From Eubacteriales bacterium (GTDB lineage Bacteria > Bacillota > Clostridia > Oscillospirales > QAKW01), in contig JAZROO010000108.1 of assembly GCA_045648705.1 (NCBI GenBank), positions 31,887 to 95,886 on the forward strand: DNA of 64,000 nt, written 5' to 3'. Position numbers and translations under genes: made by a program. Below the pieces are notes generated by a model. That model saw nothing but the letters and a program-made list of their open reading frames with translations. It was not told where the DNA came from and ran no database searches. Of the stretch, positions 9,285-17,047 are shown in pieces; position 1 is the first letter of the stretch, and every line of letters begins with the position of its first letter.

Positions 9285-10445
9285 ATGGCAAATATTTTAG
9301 ATGATTTCAAAAAACGCCCCACCGACGAAACTGCTGTTGATGTCAGCAAGAGAATGAGAATCGGTATCATCGGTACCGGTTGGATTGCTGAAGCACATAT
9401 GAAAGCATACCAAGCAATGCCCGACGTGGACATTATTGCAGGATGCGATCTTGTTCCCGGTAAGGCAAAAGCATTTTTTGAGAAATTTGGTATTACTGAT
9501 GCAAAATGCTACAATTCCCATAAAGAAATGCTTGATGATGACTCTTTAAAGCTCGACGCTGTCAGCGTATGCACCTATAACCGCACACATGCAGAGTGTA
9601 CCATTTATGCCCTGAACAAAGGCATTCACGTAATGCTTGAAAAGCCCATGTGTGTTACCACTGAAGAGGCAGTTGAAATTATGCGCGCCGAAAAAGCAAG
9701 CGGCAAAGTTCTTTCCATTGGCTTCCAGCCTCGTCTTGACGAAAACATGAAGATGATCAAGAAAATCGTTGATTCCGGTGAACTCGGTCAAGTTTATTAC
9801 ATTCAAACCGGTGGCGGTCGTCGTCGCGGCATCCCCACCCCCTATGGAACAACATTTATCGAAAACGAAACCGCAGGTCTCGGTGCCTTGGGTGATATCG
9901 GTTGCTATTCCTTGGATATGGTTCTCAACGCCATTGGCTATCCGAAGCCTTTGACCGTTACAGGCTACAAGAGCGACTTCTTTGGCACACGTCCCAGCTA
10001 TTACCCCACACACCCCGAATATGCCGAAAAATTTACGGTTGACGATTTCGCTGCCGCATTTATTCGTTTGGAAGGCGGTATTGTACTGGACTTCCGTATT
10101 GCATGGGCAATGAATATGGATACCCCCGGTGACACCATCATCCTCGGAACCAAGGGCGGTCTCAGAATTCCCTCTACTGAATGTTGGAACGGAACAGTTG
10201 GTGGCCCCATGAAGATTTACCACGAAGTTTGCGGTGAGCAAGTAGAAACCGAAATTCCGGTTATTAAATCCGATAGTATGAGTCTATTTGAAAAGAAGAT
10301 TCGTACATTCTTAGATGCTTGCAAGAACGGCACCCCCGCACCCGTACCCACCTCTCAAATCATTTACAACCAAGCAATCATTGATGGTATTGCCAAATCT
10401 GCAGAACTTGGTCATGAAATTGAAATTGAGATTCCTGAAATCTAA
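9285..10445 (+). CDS. Gfo/Idh/MocA-family NAD(P)-dependent oxidoreductase
   Basis: Rossmann motif MRIGIIGTGWIAEAH and the EKP motif (MLEKPM). Length is typical of the family. Confidence 0.88.
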   Translation: MANILDDFKKRPTDETAVDVSKRMRIGIIGTGWIAEAHMKAYQAMPDVDIIAGCDLVPGKAKAFFEKFGITDAKCYNSHKEMLDDDSLKLDAVSVCTYNRTHAECTIYALNKGIHVMLEKPMCVTTEEAVEIMRAEKASGKVLSIGFQPRLDENMKMIKKIVDSGELGQVYYIQTGGGRRRGIPTPYGTTFIENETAGLGALGDIGCYSLDMVLNAIGYPKPLTVTGYKSDFFGTRPSYYPTHPEYAEKFTVDDFAAAFIRLEGGIVLDFRIAWAMNMDTPGDTIILGTKGGLRIPSTECWNGTVGGPMKIYHEVCGEQVETEIPVIKSDSMSLFEKKIRTFLDACKNGTPAPVPTSQIIYNQAIIDGIAKSAELGHEIEIEIPEI

Positions 10446-10447
10446 CT

Positions 10448-10480
10448 AAAAAAGAGCACCGCACGGTGCTCTTTTTCTTT
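10448..10480. terminator. Bidirectional intrinsic terminator
   Basis: AAAAAAGAGCACC / GCAC / GGTGCTCTTTTTCTTT lies between convergent genes. Confidence 0.8.
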
Positions 10481-10976
10481 ATGATTTTTCAGTTTTGTTT
10501 TCCTGATCTTCCCCATCACTTTTATCTGTGACAAGACCATTACAAAATCCGCCCAATTCCGTAGAGGATATATCTCCACCAATAATTTGATTTTCGTAAA
10601 TCAATAAATTTGCAACAACCTCTACCTTTTTATCTTCAAAATTCAGCACCTTAAAAGTGTATTTTTGCGCCGTAACCCCGCAAAACTTAGTTAAATCATA
10701 ACCTGCCGGCTTTTGTAGTTCATTATATGCTGTATATTCCTGATCAAAGGTTTCAGGAATAACAATCGGCTCGATTAATACAGCTTGTGGAGCAACAGTA
10801 TAGCCCAATGTTTCCAAATAATCAACCATTTGCTGTTGGTTTGCAACGGATTGCTTGGCGCCTGAAATTTCACTTTGTTCAGGCATAATCAAAAACACCA
10901 AAGTAAGAGCAAGGCAAACTGCCGCAATGCCGCTAAGCATTCTTGCCTTATTTAGTTTAAATGAGCATATAAACAT
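10479..10976 (-). CDS. DUF4830-like membrane-anchored protein
   Basis: Start set at MFICSF (ATG 10976), because the longer track ORF would run through the terminator at 11035-11066. Has a signal anchor and then the YNELQKPAGYDLTKF...LLIYENQIIGGDISS pattern I associate with DUF4830. Confidence 0.6.
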   Translation of the reverse strand: MFICSFKLNKARMLSGIAAVCLALTLVFLIMPEQSEISGAKQSVANQQQMVDYLETLGYTVAPQAVLIEPIVIPETFDQEYTAYNELQKPAGYDLTKFCGVTAQKYTFKVLNFEDKKVEVVANLLIYENQIIGGDISSTELGGFCNGLVTDKSDGEDQENKTEKS

Positions 10977-11019
10977 ATATTTCAACCCCTCAGATATTAC
11001 TTGGTAATTGATATGTTGT

Positions 11020-11066
11020 AAAAAATAAAAATAGAACAACGCCCCAACAGTAGTTGGGGCGTTGTT
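11020..11066 (-). terminator. Intrinsic terminator after the EF-G paralog
   Basis: AACAACGCCCCAA / loop / TTGGGGCGTTGTT followed by a T-rich run on the minus strand. Confidence 0.8.
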
Positions 11067-11073
11067 TATGTAA

Positions 11074-13137
11074 TTACTCTTCAGCGTTTTCTTTAATTAC
11101 CTTTTCAATAATATTCATAGGAGCTTCTCTGTATTCCAAGAAATCAAACTCAAACGTCGCACGGCCATGCGTCATACTGCGCAATGTCATGGCATAATCA
11201 TTCATTTCACTCATCGGAACATCTGCTTCTACAATCTTACGAGCATATTCGGGAGCCGCATCCATAGAAAGAACTTGGCCACGGCGTTTATTAATATCAC
11301 CGATAATATCACCCATCAAAGCATCAGAAACGTTGACAGCCAATCTTCCAATAGGCTCAAGCATAGTAGGAGAAGCCTGTTTCATACCCTCTTTAAAAGC
11401 AAGAGAGGCGGCAATTTTAAATGCCATTTCAGAAGAATCAACAGGATGATACGAGCCATCTGTCAAAGTTGCTTTGACGCCTGTAACAGGATATCCTGCC
11501 AACACACCTGCCTGAATACTCTCGCGCAATCCCTTTTCAACGGCAGGGAAATAGTTTTTGGGTACCGATCCGCCGAAAACGGTTTCGGAAAATTCAAACT
11601 CTTGATCGGTAGGCTCAAATTCAATCCATACGTGACCATATTGACCATGTCCGCCGGATTGCTTTTTGTGCTTTCCTTCAACCTTTACCTTTTTACGAAT
11701 CGTCTCGCGATAAGCAACGCGGGCATCGCTTAAGGCAACTTTTACAGAAAACGGTTTTTCAGACAATCTATTGATCAAAATATCAAGTTGAGTATCACCC
11801 ATACCGTAAATGACCGTCTGCTTTGTTTCTTTATTATTAACAAGCTTCAACGTCGGATCTTGCTCAATCATACGCATGATACCGGATGTCATGCGCTCTT
11901 CCTCACCTTTTGTGATCGGAGCAATTGCACGAACGTAATTGGGTGTCGGGAATTTGATTTCAGGCATATCGTAGTGTGAGCCTTTGGCGCGCAAAACATC
12001 ACCTGTAGCCGCTCCCAACTTGCTCACAACACCAATGTCGCCCGCGCAAATATCTTCGACCTCAATTTGCTTTTTGCCCATAGGAATATAAATACGAGCG
12101 AACTTCTCTTTAGTATCATCCGCAACGTTGTTCAAAATATCATCTTTACTAAGCGTTCCGGAGATAACCTTAAAGAATGAAAGTTTACCAACAAAAGGAT
12201 CGACGATTGTTTTGAAAATGTGAATCGCGGCCGGTCTTCCCTCATTGTAATAAAGCTGAACAGGTTTATCGGAATCCTCAACCAAGCCGGGACTTTCAGC
12301 ATCATGAACAGTCGGCATATAGTTAATGAAGAAATCAACCAATTCATTTACGCCAAACATTGTTCCGGGTATACCGCATACAACCGGGAACATCAAACGT
12401 TGCGCAATAGCGGCACGCGTACCGAGCAAAATTTCTTCCTGTGTAAATTCTTCACTATTGAAGTATTTTTCAAGCAATTCATCACTTGTTTCAGCGATCA
12501 ACTCTCTGAGTTTATCTTTGTAAAGCGCAACGTTATCCATCATATCAGCAGGAATATCCATTGGCTCACTTTTGCCATCAACACAACGAATTGCCTTTTC
12601 GTTCAAAATATCAACGATACCAACAGGCTTTCCTGCTTCATAAATCGGAATCCAAATAGGACAAATCTGATTTGTTCTGAACTTTTCATTCAATTGTTCA
12701 ATCGTGGAAAAATAATCAGCATGTTCATCGTCCAAAAAAGAAACGTAGAAAGCTTTGGCTTTTTTCAGTCTACGAGTAAGACCAACTGCTTTTTCAGCGC
12801 CGACAGAAACACTTTGCTTCGCCGAAATAACGATCATAGCTGCATCTGCTGCAGTTGCAGCTGAAATATTTTCACCCTCAAAATCGTAAAAACCGGGGCT
12901 ATCAATCAAATTAATTTTCGTGTTGTTTTTTTCAATATGTGCAATGGATAATGTAACAGAAGTTTTTCTGCGAATTTCCTCAGGATCATAATCACACACA
13001 GTATTTCCTTGAACGATTGTACCGAGGCGATCTGTCTTCCCGTTCCAATATAAAAGAGTTTCAACGAGTGTTGTTTTGCCGTTTCCTCGATGTCCCAATA
13101 GGCAAATATTTCTGATGTCTTTCGCTGTGTAGGTCAT
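11074..13137 (-). CDS. Elongation factor G-family GTPase paralog (non-canonical G4 motif)
   Basis: Start MTYTAKDIRNICLLGHRGNGKTT (ATG 13137, AAGGAG RBS). G1 is GHRGNGKT and G3 is DSPG. All five EF-G domains are alignable, but SFLD stands where NKxD is expected. Confidence 0.85.
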   Translation of the reverse strand: MTYTAKDIRNICLLGHRGNGKTTLVETLLYWNGKTDRLGTIVQGNTVCDYDPEEIRRKTSVTLSIAHIEKNNTKINLIDSPGFYDFEGENISAATAADAAMIVISAKQSVSVGAEKAVGLTRRLKKAKAFYVSFLDDEHADYFSTIEQLNEKFRTNQICPIWIPIYEAGKPVGIVDILNEKAIRCVDGKSEPMDIPADMMDNVALYKDKLRELIAETSDELLEKYFNSEEFTQEEILLGTRAAIAQRLMFPVVCGIPGTMFGVNELVDFFINYMPTVHDAESPGLVEDSDKPVQLYYNEGRPAAIHIFKTIVDPFVGKLSFFKVISGTLSKDDILNNVADDTKEKFARIYIPMGKKQIEVEDICAGDIGVVSKLGAATGDVLRAKGSHYDMPEIKFPTPNYVRAIAPITKGEEERMTSGIMRMIEQDPTLKLVNNKETKQTVIYGMGDTQLDILINRLSEKPFSVKVALSDARVAYRETIRKKVKVEGKHKKQSGGHGQYGHVWIEFEPTDQEFEFSETVFGGSVPKNYFPAVEKGLRESIQAGVLAGYPVTGVKATLTDGSYHPVDSSEMAFKIAASLAFKEGMKQASPTMLEPIGRLAVNVSDALMGDIIGDINKRRGQVLSMDAAPEYARKIVEADVPMSEMNDYAMTLRSMTHGRATFEFDFLEYREAPMNIIEKVIKENAEE

Positions 13138-13254
13138 AGTGCTGCTCCTTTCAAAATCGGAAATTGTACAATTTTGCCAAATATTATTAAATATTTTCAA
13201 AATCTTTATTCTATTTTACAACTATTTTTCAAAAAAAGCAAGAATTATTTAATA

Positions 13255-13297
13255 AATATAAAAAAAGAGTGCAAACCGTAGTTAGCAGTTTGCACTC
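13255..13297 (-). terminator. Intrinsic terminator after the degenerate ATPase-like gene
   Basis: GAGTGCAAAC / loop / GTTTGCACTC followed by TTTTTTTATATTT on the minus strand. Confidence 0.8.
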
Positions 13298-13303
13298 AAG
13301 TAT

Positions 13304-15541
13304 TTATTTTCTTATCTTTAACCCCATCAAAAAGCTCGGAATACTCCAAATCATCTGATACAAAAGAATCTGAAATGGTAGCCAAAAACTAAGCGAGGGC
13401 AAAAAGAAACCGGACACGAGTATGACCAAAGCACCAAACACAGAGGCAGTGATTCGATAAACTCCATGTTTTTCATAATCACTTATAAGCTTTTCACAAC
13501 CCACCAGACCTAAGGCCAATCCACTAATTGCATTATATGTTATAATCTCGGCGGCACTGTCTTCTGTTATTGAAGATATCGGCATGCAACTCCGAGCAGT
13601 TTCATTAGAAAGAATCGTGATAAAATCAGGATCATATAACACATCGGCAAACAAGGATTCTCTCAAACAAAAGTCGGTAGTTATAATTGCCGTAGAAACG
13701 CCTTGGCTTTCTAAAAGTTGCAAAGCGCGCGCGGATCGTTTAGAGAGCTGATATACAAGCGTAAAAACAGCCTTAACCTTGCCATCAACAGCAACATAAA
13801 CATTCATTCCCTCCGACGCAGTTTGGAAGGGACAATCAATTTTGGATTGACGCATAAACTCGTTTGTTCCAACAGAAAAACGCGTGTCATTTGAAACAAA
13901 AGTATAACCGAGCTGTTCATGATAGTCGATCTCACAAATCTCGGGATATGCCCCATCCAAATCCTCGGTCAAAAGCTTTTCAAAAAAGCCGTTTAAGGGA
14001 CCGTCTACTTTTTTGAACAAAGCCGCCAGCGTAGAAATAACTGTAGCGTCATCAATCTCATCAGAAATATTCATTTCCTTAAGCGAAATATCATTATTTG
14101 AAAGAACATCAGTATCGCGCACCACCAAAACACCGCAGTCAGCGACTTGATAAGCGCCTTCCCTGCCCGATATCATCGTACGGTTACTACGCAAAAATCT
14201 GCCCAATCTAAATACTGAAAGGGTACGCGTCCATCCCGAAAAAATAGGAGAACAAATTGCGCAAAAAGCCGCAAAAAGCAACACTAAATTATGCAGCGGC
14301 AACACTTTAAACAGCCACAGTATCGTAGCACTTACCAGCAACAACGCAAAAAGAAGAAAATAAAACAGATCCGTTTTTCGATTCACATTTTGTTCTGCGA
14401 ATGCCTTTTTCATATAGTCAGACACTCTTTTGGTTTTTGCCGCATATAAAACATCGCCGCCATTGCCTGTTTCGATCATAACATCATTGTCTATAGCTCT
14501 CGCAGTGGGTGCAGCAACAATGCTTTTTAAGCGCTCATCGGAAAACATTTTGAAGTTTGCAGCAATATGCTTAACAAGTAATCGTTTGCCAACAAGATTC
14601 ATTGTCAGCATCAAAACAAATATCACATCTAACGTAATAACGTGAGCTATAAACTTTTCAGCATTAAGCCAAAAATAAGTATTATAAATCAAACAGGTTA
14701 TTCCGAGGCAAAGTGCAATTCCGTCAGCGGTCAATCTCGCAGAAAATGCTTTTTTCAGACCGTCAAAAAGCGGACTGATATTCATTAAAAATGCAATAAC
14801 CGTAATAGCCGATACACAGAGCAAATAATTTTTGGGATTCAAGGTAGGATCAAGCTGTGTCGGAAGTAAAAAGCGCAAATGCTCAATACGAGTAAAAGAT
14901 AAGTATAATCCTCCGAGCAGCAAAAGGAACATTGGCACTAATTTTGCCGTAATTTTATTTTGCAGTGATTGAAGATCAAATATCACGTCTTCTCTTTCGT
15001 CTGCGCCAGAATATTCATCTATCACTTCCGGTTTATGCGAAACATCAGAAATAATCTCTGTTTTTTTGCTCTCTTCGCCTTTTTCTTGTTCGCAAACAAC
15101 CTCACCACTATCACTCAAAGGCTTGGATTTAGCCTTAATTTGATCAAACACAGCAGTATTTACAACAGGTGCCTGGTCTGAAAAGTTTTTCTTATTGGAA
15201 ACACCCTGACTTTTAACTTCAACTTTAGCAGGTTTTTCCTTTAATTCATTCTTTGTTTCCAAAGAACTTTTGGACAGCTCTTGGTCCGACTCCATCATCT
15301 TAATTTCACTCGGCAAATCATGCTTAACCGAATTTTCGATTTTAAAATCAGGCTCTTTTTGAATTGTTTTCTGAGCAGATTTCAGAATATCAATTTCTTT
15401 GGATTCAGACGTTTCAGTGGAAACAGTTCCCAAAATCTCATCAATGGAAAAACTGCGTTTCGCACCGGAATCATAATTATATTTGCTCAAATCAAAATCA
15501 AGATCGAGTTTGAATTCATCCTTGCCCATATTTACCCCCAT
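13304..15541 (-). CDS. Polytopic membrane protein with degenerate (catalytically dead) P1B-type ATPase architecture
   Basis: 745 aa. About 200 aa of charged low-complexity N-terminus, then TM helices and a HAD-like domain alignable to heavy-metal ATPases. DKTGT is replaced by RDTDV, TGES by TGNG, CPC by CSP, TGDN by TTDF, and there is no GDGxND. The start overlaps the rlmB stop (TAATG); an alternative ATG lies at 15529. Confidence 0.65.
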   Translation of the reverse strand: MGVNMGKDEFKLDLDFDLSKYNYDSGAKRSFSIDEILGTVSTETSESKEIDILKSAQKTIQKEPDFKIENSVKHDLPSEIKMMESDQELSKSSLETKNELKEKPAKVEVKSQGVSNKKNFSDQAPVVNTAVFDQIKAKSKPLSDSGEVVCEQEKGEESKKTEIISDVSHKPEVIDEYSGADEREDVIFDLQSLQNKITAKLVPMFLLLLGGLYLSFTRIEHLRFLLPTQLDPTLNPKNYLLCVSAITVIAFLMNISPLFDGLKKAFSARLTADGIALCLGITCLIYNTYFWLNAEKFIAHVITLDVIFVLMLTMNLVGKRLLVKHIAANFKMFSDERLKSIVAAPTARAIDNDVMIETGNGGDVLYAAKTKRVSDYMKKAFAEQNVNRKTDLFYFLLFALLLVSATILWLFKVLPLHNLVLLFAAFCAICSPIFSGWTRTLSVFRLGRFLRSNRTMISGREGAYQVADCGVLVVRDTDVLSNNDISLKEMNISDEIDDATVISTLAALFKKVDGPLNGFFEKLLTEDLDGAYPEICEIDYHEQLGYTFVSNDTRFSVGTNEFMRQSKIDCPFQTASEGMNVYVAVDGKVKAVFTLVYQLSKRSARALQLLESQGVSTAIITTDFCLRESLFADVLYDPDFITILSNETARSCMPISSITEDSAAEIITYNAISGLALGLVGCEKLISDYEKHGVYRITASVFGALVILVSGFFLPSLSFWLPFQILLYQMIWSIPSFLMGLKIRK

Positions 15542-16287
15542 TATCTGAATTTCGAAATTTCTTGCATAATAACACCGGCAGCCACCGAAGCGTTAAGACA
15601 AGAAACCTTTCCTTTCATCGGAATCTTCAGCAAAATATCACATTTCTTCTTTAATAAAGCCCCAATGCCATTTCCCTCACTGCCAACAATTAAAGCCATA
15701 GGTGCATCAAATTTTTCATCGAAATAGTTCTTTTCGGCCGACATATCACTGCCATAAATCCACACACCGCTTTCTTTTAAAAAGTCGATGGTCGATGCAA
15801 GATTGGTCACCTTGGCAACTGCCACGTGATTGAGTGCGCCGCCACTGGCTTTTTCAACCGCCGCCGTCAAACCGACAGCGCGACGCTTGGAAATAATAAC
15901 ACCGTGCGCTCCAAAAGCATCTGCCGATCGAATAATTGCGCCAAGGTTATGGGGATCTGCAATTTCGTCAGCAACAACAATAAATGGCTTCTCGTTGCGC
16001 TTGGAAGCAATTTCTAAAATTTCTTCAACCGAAACATAGTTTTTTTGCGCCACATAAGCAATAACGCCCTGTGTATTTTCCCCGGGAAACATTTGCGATA
16101 TTTTTTGTTTTCCAACAGTTACTATAGGTATTCTTTTTTCTTTGGCTTTGGCAACAATTTTCTTAGCACTGCCATCCATATTGTCGCTTGCCACTAAAAT
16201 TTTGTCGATCGTTCGCTCTGAGGTCAAAGCCTCCAAAACATTATTTCTGCCAAAAATAATATCTTTATGTTCATTACTTTGTTTCAT
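15541..16287 (-). CDS. rlmB: 23S rRNA (guanosine-2'-O-)-methyltransferase RlmB (SpoU/TrmH family)
   Basis: N-terminal IFGRNNVLEAL substrate-binding domain plus SpoU motifs (DPHNLGAIIRSADAFG, LIVGSEGNG, IPM.G...SLN). Confidence 0.9.
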   Translation of the reverse strand: MKQSNEHKDIIFGRNNVLEALTSERTIDKILVASDNMDGSAKKIVAKAKEKRIPIVTVGKQKISQMFPGENTQGVIAYVAQKNYVSVEEILEIASKRNEKPFIVVADEIADPHNLGAIIRSADAFGAHGVIISKRRAVGLTAAVEKASGGALNHVAVAKVTNLASTIDFLKESGVWIYGSDMSAEKNYFDEKFDAPMALIVGSEGNGIGALLKKKCDILLKIPMKGKVSCLNASVAAGVIMQEISKFR

Positions 16288-16410
16288 TATTCAACGAACC
16301 TCCTAATACATAAAAATTTTATCATATTTTGAAAAAAAAGAAAACACTTTTATTAAATATAATTTGAAATTTTTTTATTATTTTGATAAAATGATTTAGC
16401 GAGGTGAATT

Positions 16411-17013
16411 ATGAAACAAAATTTTCAAAAACAACTTGATATCATTCTGGAACAAATGCACTCTGATAAACTTCCGACCATGCTCTTGCACAGTTGTTGC
16501 GGCCCTTGCAGCACCTATGTTTTAAGCTATTTAGCCAAACACTTTGATATTACTGTATATTTTTACAATCCAAACATTATGCCCGAAGCGGAATACAAGT
16601 TGCGCTTGGAAGCACAAATCAAAGTTCTTGACAAATTAAATCCACCGCATAAAATCAAGCTGATTGAAGCTCCGTATGAACCGCAAGAGTTTTTAGACAT
16701 CGCAAAAGGGCTAGAACACGAGCCGGAACGCGGAAAACGTTGCAAAAAATGCATGGAATTACGCATAAAAGAAACAGCCGAATTTGCGGCAAAAAATAAA
16801 TTTGATTATTTTTGTACAACGCTTTCAGTAAGTCCTCACAAGGATGCCGTTTTACTGAATTCACTGTCAGAAAAATATGCCAAGAAATTTGAAATCAATA
16901 CCATACCTGCCGATTTTAAGAAAAACAACGGATTTTTAGAGAGCATCAGACTTTCAAAAGAGTTTGAAATCTATCGCCAAGATTATTGCGGCTGTCTTTT
17001 TTCAAAAAAATAA
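16411..17013 (+). CDS. queH: Epoxyqueuosine reductase QueH (DUF208)
   Basis: LLHSCCGPCS...FYNPNI...C..C...R and the C-terminal YRQDYCGC pattern characteristic of QueH. Confidence 0.85.
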   Translation: MKQNFQKQLDIILEQMHSDKLPTMLLHSCCGPCSTYVLSYLAKHFDITVYFYNPNIMPEAEYKLRLEAQIKVLDKLNPPHKIKLIEAPYEPQEFLDIAKGLEHEPERGKRCKKCMELRIKETAEFAAKNKFDYFCTTLSVSPHKDAVLLNSLSEKYAKKFEINTIPADFKKNNGFLESIRLSKEFEIYRQDYCGCLFSKK

Positions 17014-17047
17014 AATGCGCTGATTGAATATCAGCGCATTTTATTTT
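17012..17047. terminator. Bidirectional intrinsic terminator
   Basis: AAAATGCGCTGAT / loop / ATCAGCGCATTTT lies between convergent queH and the P-type ATPase gene. Confidence 0.8.
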
